NCBI RefSeq assembly: GCF_001194135.2
Contig: NC_068983.1
Coordinates: 89,030,788-89,072,616, forward strand
Direction: 5' to 3'
Source: Octopus bimaculoides
Taxonomy: Eukaryota
DNA: 41,829 nt
The notes under the pieces are model-generated. The model saw nothing but the letters and a program-made list of their open reading frames with translations, had not been told where the DNA came from and made no database searches. The position numbers and the translations under genes were made by a program. Shown here one piece after another: positions 37,201-41,829 of this stretch (positions are counted from its first letter, which is position 1; every line of letters begins with the position of its first letter).

Positions 37201-37443
37201 GAGGATATAGAACCCTGGAGAAATTGAGCATCTGCAACATGAGTTGGATGCAATATACAGGTGGGCTAAGGAAAATAACATGCAGTTTAATGCTGGAAAA
37301 TTTCAAGCCCTGTGCTACCAAATCAGGAGGCTCAATGAAAAGCAGATAGCATACACTGCCCAGAAAAGATTCCAATTACCAAATCAAAATCAGTGCATGA
37401 CCTGGGCATCGACATGGGTAATGGTACAGCTTTCCAGATGCAG
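34215..37443 (+). mobile_element. CR1-clade LINE ORF2 (APE endonuclease + RT), degraded, interrupted by a mariner and 3'-truncated
   Basis: EN: IALTEMHLK...RSHGRVPVY, LLMGDFNL, QPTRANNILDL, SDHN. RT: SAAGPDG, KNYRPISLTSHFSKVLEQ, QHGFQPGRS, DMI|YRNFAKPFDKVDHG (rejoined across the insert), SGVPQDTVLGSLLF, WAKENNMQFNAGK. Confidence 0.92.
36037..36905 (+). mobile_element. Non-autonomous fold-back mariner derivative whose 3' half is replaced by an inverted copy of the 5' end
   Basis: Arms of about 250 bp: TAAGGTCTGATCAACAAGT...(36037) versus ...ACTTATTGATCAGACCACA(36905). Flanks TA / CA (boundary +/-2 bp). The middle encodes SGRPTTS...VQSIIIEDLGMRCVSAKFVPKLLSADQK...FLK and stops before the DDD domain. 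Confidence 0.9.
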
Positions 37444-38035
37444 AAAGTAAGGGAGTAAAAAAGTCTATAGTGTTCGCATAAGCGCACCAATCCGTATGTG
37501 TATATACTAAGCCACCCTCACTTGAAACACACACATGCTCACACCCCTACACACACACACTCAACAACCTCTAGGGGTTGTATGCGGGTATACCTGTGTA
37601 TGCAGGTATATATATGTATATGTACATATATGTATAGTGTTTGACAAGTAAATGGGTGAGCATGTGTGTGTTTCAAGCGAGGGTGGTTTAGTATATACAT
37701 ATACGGATTGGTGCGCTTACGCGAACACTATAGACATTTTTACTCCCTTACTTTTACCCCCTCCCCTTACTTAGGGGTCTATAGCTCTTTTGTCTTAATA
37801 ACAGTCAACCACACAGTAATTTCCCTTTGTTTAATGGTCATTTTTCACAGGAATTTTCAATGGCCGGATAACTGAAGAGATGTTGGCATGGGTTCCCACC
37901 CCGGCATCCGAAACTCAGAGTTTTATCATGGCTACCGAATAAGTGTCACATATTTTTACAGATAAATTCCTCTATTTACTTAATATCGAGGTCTCTTTCT
38001 TTCTTTTGTTGTCCTTTCTATCAATATATATATAT
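37444..38035 (+). mobile_element. Fold-back element with 99-bp inverted arms (37444-37542 / 37656-37754), continuing into a hammerhead-bearing segment that ends in (TA)n; probable PLE pseudo-LTR or retrozyme
   Basis: AAAGTAAGGGAGTAAAAAAGTCTATAGTGTTCGCATAAGCGCACCAATCCG... pairs with ...CGGATTGGTGCGCTTACGCGAACACTATAGACATTTTTACTCCCTTACTTT. Hammerhead motif at 37861-37934. Confidence 0.7.
37861..37934 (+). ncRNA. Minimal type-I hammerhead ribozyme motif, second unrelated family
   Basis: Stem I GATAA(37867-71)/TTATC(37923-27), extended by TGGCC/GGCTA. Core CTGAAGA(37872-78). Stem II GATGTTGG/CCGGCATC with an inner TGGG-TT-CCCA and one extra C before GAAA(37910-13). Stem III CTC-A-GAG (near-palindromic). 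Triplet GTT. Confidence 0.75.
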
Positions 38036-38294
38036 NNNNNNNNNNNNNNNNNNNNNNNNNNNNNNNNNNNNNNNNNNNNNNNNNNNNNNNNNNNNNNNNN
38101 NNNNNNNNNNNNNNNNNNNNNNNNNNNNNNNNNNNNNNNNNNNNNNNNNNNNNNNNNNNNNNNNNNNNNNNNNNNNCATATATATGATGAGTCTATATGT
38201 ATATTTCCAAACATCCTGGTCACTTGTCATTGCCACGATGAGAGCAAATGCAGGTCTGGCAAAGATCTAATAGAAGAAATTCTCTCTGATAATA

Positions 38295-39460
38295 TTGGGT
38301 TGTCCGGAAAGTTCGTGCCGATTTATAGTAGCTTACCTTTCGATTTGTTTTAGAACATTGTTGAGTCCATGAAATAGGATTTGATTACACCTCCATTTAG
38401 AGTACAGTTTAAGCTATCTTTTCTTGGAAGAAAGTTTATGTTCCTATAACCTGTGTTAATTCTGTAACCCTTTAAAATGGAAGATAAAGTTCATTTTCGG
38501 CACTTGATGATTTTCTTTTTCTGTAAAGGGAAAAATGCCTCACAAGCAACCGAAGAAATATGTGCAGTTTACAGTGATGTTTCTTTATCCGAAAGAACTG
38601 TACGAAAGTGGTTCGCAGGGTTCCGAGCTGGAGATTGTAGCCTTATTGGTAAAGAGCGATCAACCCCACTACAGATGATGACCAAATCAAGTCATTAATT
38701 GAGAATAACCTATGTTGCACAACCTATCAAAATCCGTCATTCATGAGCACCTGGTAAAGCTTGGGTACACAAATCGCTACGATATCTGGGTACCACATGA
38801 GTTGAGTGAGAAGAACCTTTTGGATTGCATTTCCATCTGTAGTCTGCTTTATAAACAGAATGAAAATACGCCTTTCTTAAAGCAAATTGTGACAGGTGAT
38901 GAGAAACAGATTATCTACCGAATTGTTCAGAGAAAGCAATCCTGGAGTAAGCGACATGAGCCACCCTTAGCCACCCCAAAAGCGGGTCTTCACCCTAAAA
39001 AAGTCTTGCTTTGTGTTTGGTGGGATTGGAAAGAAATTCTGCACTATGAGCTTCTCCCAAGTAACCAGAAAATTAATTCTGAGCAATACTGCACACAACT
39101 GGACGAGTTAAAAGCAGCAATTCAAGAGAAACGTCCAAAATTGGCCAACAGGAAGGGTGTTGTTTACCAACATGATAATGCAAGACCACACGTTTCTTTG
39201 GGAACCAGACAAAAATTGCTGCAGCTCGGCTGGGATGTGTTACCCCACCCTCTATATTCACCAGACATTGCTCCTTCGGATTTCCACTTATTCAGGTCTC
39301 TGCAGAATAGTCTTAATGGTAAAAATTTCAATTCCTTGGATGACATAAAAAGATACCTTGATGAATTCCTTGCCATGAAACCACCTCAATTCTGGGAAGA
39401 GGGTATTTTCAAGTTAAAGGAAAGATGGAGACGCATTGTGCAACAAAATGGTTCATATTG
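38295..39460 (+). mobile_element. Mariner (DD34D) transposon, left TIR present and right TIR absent
   Basis: TA|TTGGGTTGTCCGGAAAGTTCGTGCCGATTT. N-terminal HTH peptide in ORF 38477-38698, followed by small deletions and a frameshift. Motifs WVPHEL, TGDEK, HDNARPH and YSPDIAPSDFHLF, with exactly 34 aa between the 2nd and 3rd Asp. Confidence 0.95.
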
Positions 39461-39488
39461 TGTAGCATCAATTTTGCAGTCTGGGTAG
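38712..39488 (+). pseudogene. Mariner transposase catalytic domain, uninterrupted 258-aa frame
   Basis: All three catalytic Asp residues are present. The conserved W of TGDEKW is replaced by Q. The frame is disconnected from the N-terminal DNA-binding domain. Confidence 0.9.
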
Positions 39489-39593
39489 CTAGATGACACC
39501 AGGTAGCCCAAACCATGCTAATGCTTTACTCACACATTAACATACTAATTGACATATGCCCACTGGTCCAAAAATTACGTGTATATATATATA

Positions 39594-40478
39594 CAGGGTA
39601 TGATGAATAAACTGTCATCTAAATTACGCAAAAATGAAAATAGCACTGACATCTCATTTTAACAGATATCTTTACCAAAATTACATAAAAATATCTTGAA
39701 ATCCTGAAGAGGAAATTTATTCAATGAAATCACCACTGGCTTCAAACACAGCCTCCAGACAACTTCAGAATCTCCTGCAACTCTTCTGGACAGTCTTCTT
39801 GTTTAAGATGATGAATGCTGTCATAATCCTTGCCTTCAATTCATCTTTGATGTTACAAGGAGTTTTGTTGGTCTCTCACTCAATTACACACCACACATAA
39901 TAATCAAGGTGACTGCAGTCAGGGGAGTTTGGTGGCCAGGTGTTAGGGGTGGTGTGGTTGCAGAAATTGTCTGACAGTCATGACTGGGTTTTCCTGCTTA
40001 TGTGGCATGGTTCAAAGTCCTGTTGCCAGACATAGGGTCTTCCAACAGCCATTCTCTTGACCCAGGGCAGCACTACCTCTTCCAGGTACTTAATGTAGGC
40101 CTCTGTATTGAGTCTGAGGCTATGTGGGAAGATGATCAGATGCATAGTGTCACCATCACTAGTGATCACTCCAAACACCATGATGTTGACTGGATGTTTG
40201 ATTTTTATCACTCTAGGTACATGTTCTCAGATTGCATTGTCCTCAAATCGACACCCAAACTCTCTGAAATATTCGTATTGGAGCTTCTGGCATGAATGCC
40301 AAGCAGTACAGCATGTCATTTCCAAATTTCCCACGGAGTTAATTGCATCATGGTGCTGTTTTTCTTATAGATAGTGCCCAACTGACCCTACTATACTGTG
40401 TGATTGACAAAATCAAAAACAACGTGCATGCATGTAATTAAAAATATAAAACGGTGACAATTTGCCCATCACACCATG
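39594..40478 (-). mobile_element. Tc1/mariner DD37D (maT/mori-type) element, internally deleted
   Basis: TA|CAGGGTATGATGAATAAACTGTCATC at 39594. The opposite TIR GGTGACAATTTGCCCATCACACCATG (40453-40478) matches about 19/26. Peptide WQQDFEPCH...WPPNSPDCSHLDYYVW has 37 aa between the Asp residues. The segment containing the first Asp is missing. Confidence 0.9.
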
Positions 40479-41198
40479 TGTACGTGAGAAGACCCGGCAA
40501 GACAAGTGAGACCATAACCCGTGGCCTTTACCAGGGGTGTAGCCAGCCCACTTATGCGTACCTTTCCTTCTCTGGACACTAAACTCTGCTTGCGAAGACC
40601 TGCTGAGGCAAGTGAAATCGAAATCAAATTCGAAATTGAAACAAATTCGACGACTGGCACCCATGCCAACCTTCCTTCATTGGACACTAAACTCTGCTTG
40701 CGAAGACCTGTTGGGGCAAGCAAAATCGAAATTGAACCAAATTCGATGACTGGCACCCGTGCCAGTGGAGCACTAACAGCACCATCCAAGCGGGATCATT
40801 GCCAGAACAGCTGTTTGGCTTCTGTGCCAGTGGCATGTAAAAAGCACCATTTGAGCGTGATCGTTACCAGCGTTGCCTTACTGGCACATGAACAAAACAT
40901 TCGAGCAAGGTTGTTGCCAGTGCCGCTAGACGACTCCTGTCCAGGTGGCATGTAAAAAACACCATTTGAGCATGGCCGTTGCCAGTACCGCCTGACTGGC
41001 GCTTGTGCTGGTGGCACATAAAAGCACCCACTACACTCTCAGAGTGGTTGTCGTTAGGAAGGGCATCCAGCTGTAGAAACTCTGCCAGATGAGATTGGAG
41101 CCTGGTGCAGCCATCTGGTTCGCCAGTCCTTAGTCAAATCATCCAACCCATGCTAGCATGGAAAGTGGATGTTAAACGATGATGATGATGATGGTGAT
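40479..41198 (+). mobile_element. RTE LINE 3' UTR/tail with internal tandem duplications
   Basis: Starts TGTACGTGAGAAGACCCGGCAAG (compare 5707) and ends CCCATGCTAGCATGGAAAGTGGATGTTAAACGATGATGATG. GGACACTAAACTCTGCTTGCGAAGACC occurs at 40574 and 40682. Confidence 0.9.
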
Positions 41199-41504
41199 AC
41201 ACACACACACATACACGATGGTAAAACTTTCTGTATCTATATAAATGGAAATGCTTTCCCAAATAAAATTGCACTTCAATTTTTAATCTTTGATGAAGCT
41301 CTTGGGTGATACACAAGCATTCAACTACAAGTGCATTGCCTCTTACAGCAGAAACAGTTGTAAGCTAATGAAGTTCATGACAATTTCTTATTCCCTTGTC
41401 ATATATATATATATATATATACATAACACCTCCACCAACACACAACACAAATAGACATACGTACCCATACAGACATACACATACATATGAACCATCAGAC
41501 ACAG

Positions 41505-41829
41505 ATACGGTTGCTTACACACACACACACACACCACAAGGGTATTTAAAACAACACACTCACTCAGACAGAGAGAGACACACACACACTCATGTACACA
41601 CCCACTCCCACACTCACAAAAAACACTCCCACGCACACACAGATGCACACATACATACACACACACAGACGCACACATATGTACACACCCTCACACATAC
41701 ATACGGTTGCGCTCTCTCTCTCACACACACACCACAAGGACGATTAAAACAACACATACATACTCAGAAAGATAGATATACACACACTCTCACGTACACA
41801 CACTTAACATCCCCACCGACACAAAAAAC
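41505..41829. repeat. CA-rich tandem repeat with a 196-bp period, running off the window end
   Basis: ATACGGTTGC...CACACCACAAGG...TTAAAACAACACA...ACTCAGA starts at both 41505 and 41701. Confidence 0.8.

Noticed and set aside
38198-38245. AMTSDQDVWKY peptide on the minus strand, as a host exon
   Set aside because: It matches the RTE ORF C-terminus, so it is a tiny LINE fragment beside a gap.
39482-39525. CTAGATGA...CAAAC hammerhead-like string
   Set aside because: Both core motifs are broken (an insertion in CTGATGA, and no GAAA).
40521-40955. 144-aa ORF with an internal peptide repeat (PSLDTKLCLRRP x2)
   Set aside because: It lies in the RTE 3' UTR, and the repeat reflects the DNA duplication. 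There is no coding evidence.
40574-41030. Repeated modules as a CRISPR-like array
   Set aside because: Units are irregular and adjacent, with no unique spacers or cas genes, in a eukaryotic LINE UTR context.

Overview
This is AT-rich eukaryotic genomic DNA, not prokaryotic. It is microsatellite-dense and has four N-gaps (4371-4380, 5351-5700, 31453-31462, 38036-38176). The tRNA-derived SINEs and the RTE LINE 3' tails ending ...CCCATGCTAGCATGGAAA...AAACGATGATGATG look like those I recall from octopus genomes; that assignment is an inference, not a database result. Most of the window is transposon-filled intron of a minus-strand host gene. Three phase-0 exons (24051-23947, 16906-16808, 7916-7812) splice in frame into an FWWh-domain, FAM227B-like peptide. 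Mobile elements with recognisable ends: a hAT/Buster transposon with a perfect 8-bp TSD, a two-LTR Mag-like Gypsy element with an internal deletion, a CR1-clade LINE interrupted by a fold-back mariner, a DD34D mariner, a DD37D (maT) element, about 8 RTE LINE copies or tails, Penelope-like (PLE) remnants and several SINEs. The most interesting signal is two unrelated minimal type-I hammerhead ribozyme motifs (478-536 with an inverted twin at 340-398, and 37861-37934). Each belongs to a fold-back element adjoining a (TA)n tract, an architecture consistent with PLE pseudo-LTRs or retrozymes. PLE hammerheads are a known class, so any novelty lies in these families and their intronic context. No rRNA, tRNA genes or CRISPR arrays were found. 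Most ORFs in the supplied track are artefacts of repeats or degraded transposons. All protein comparisons are from memory and need HMM/BLAST confirmation.
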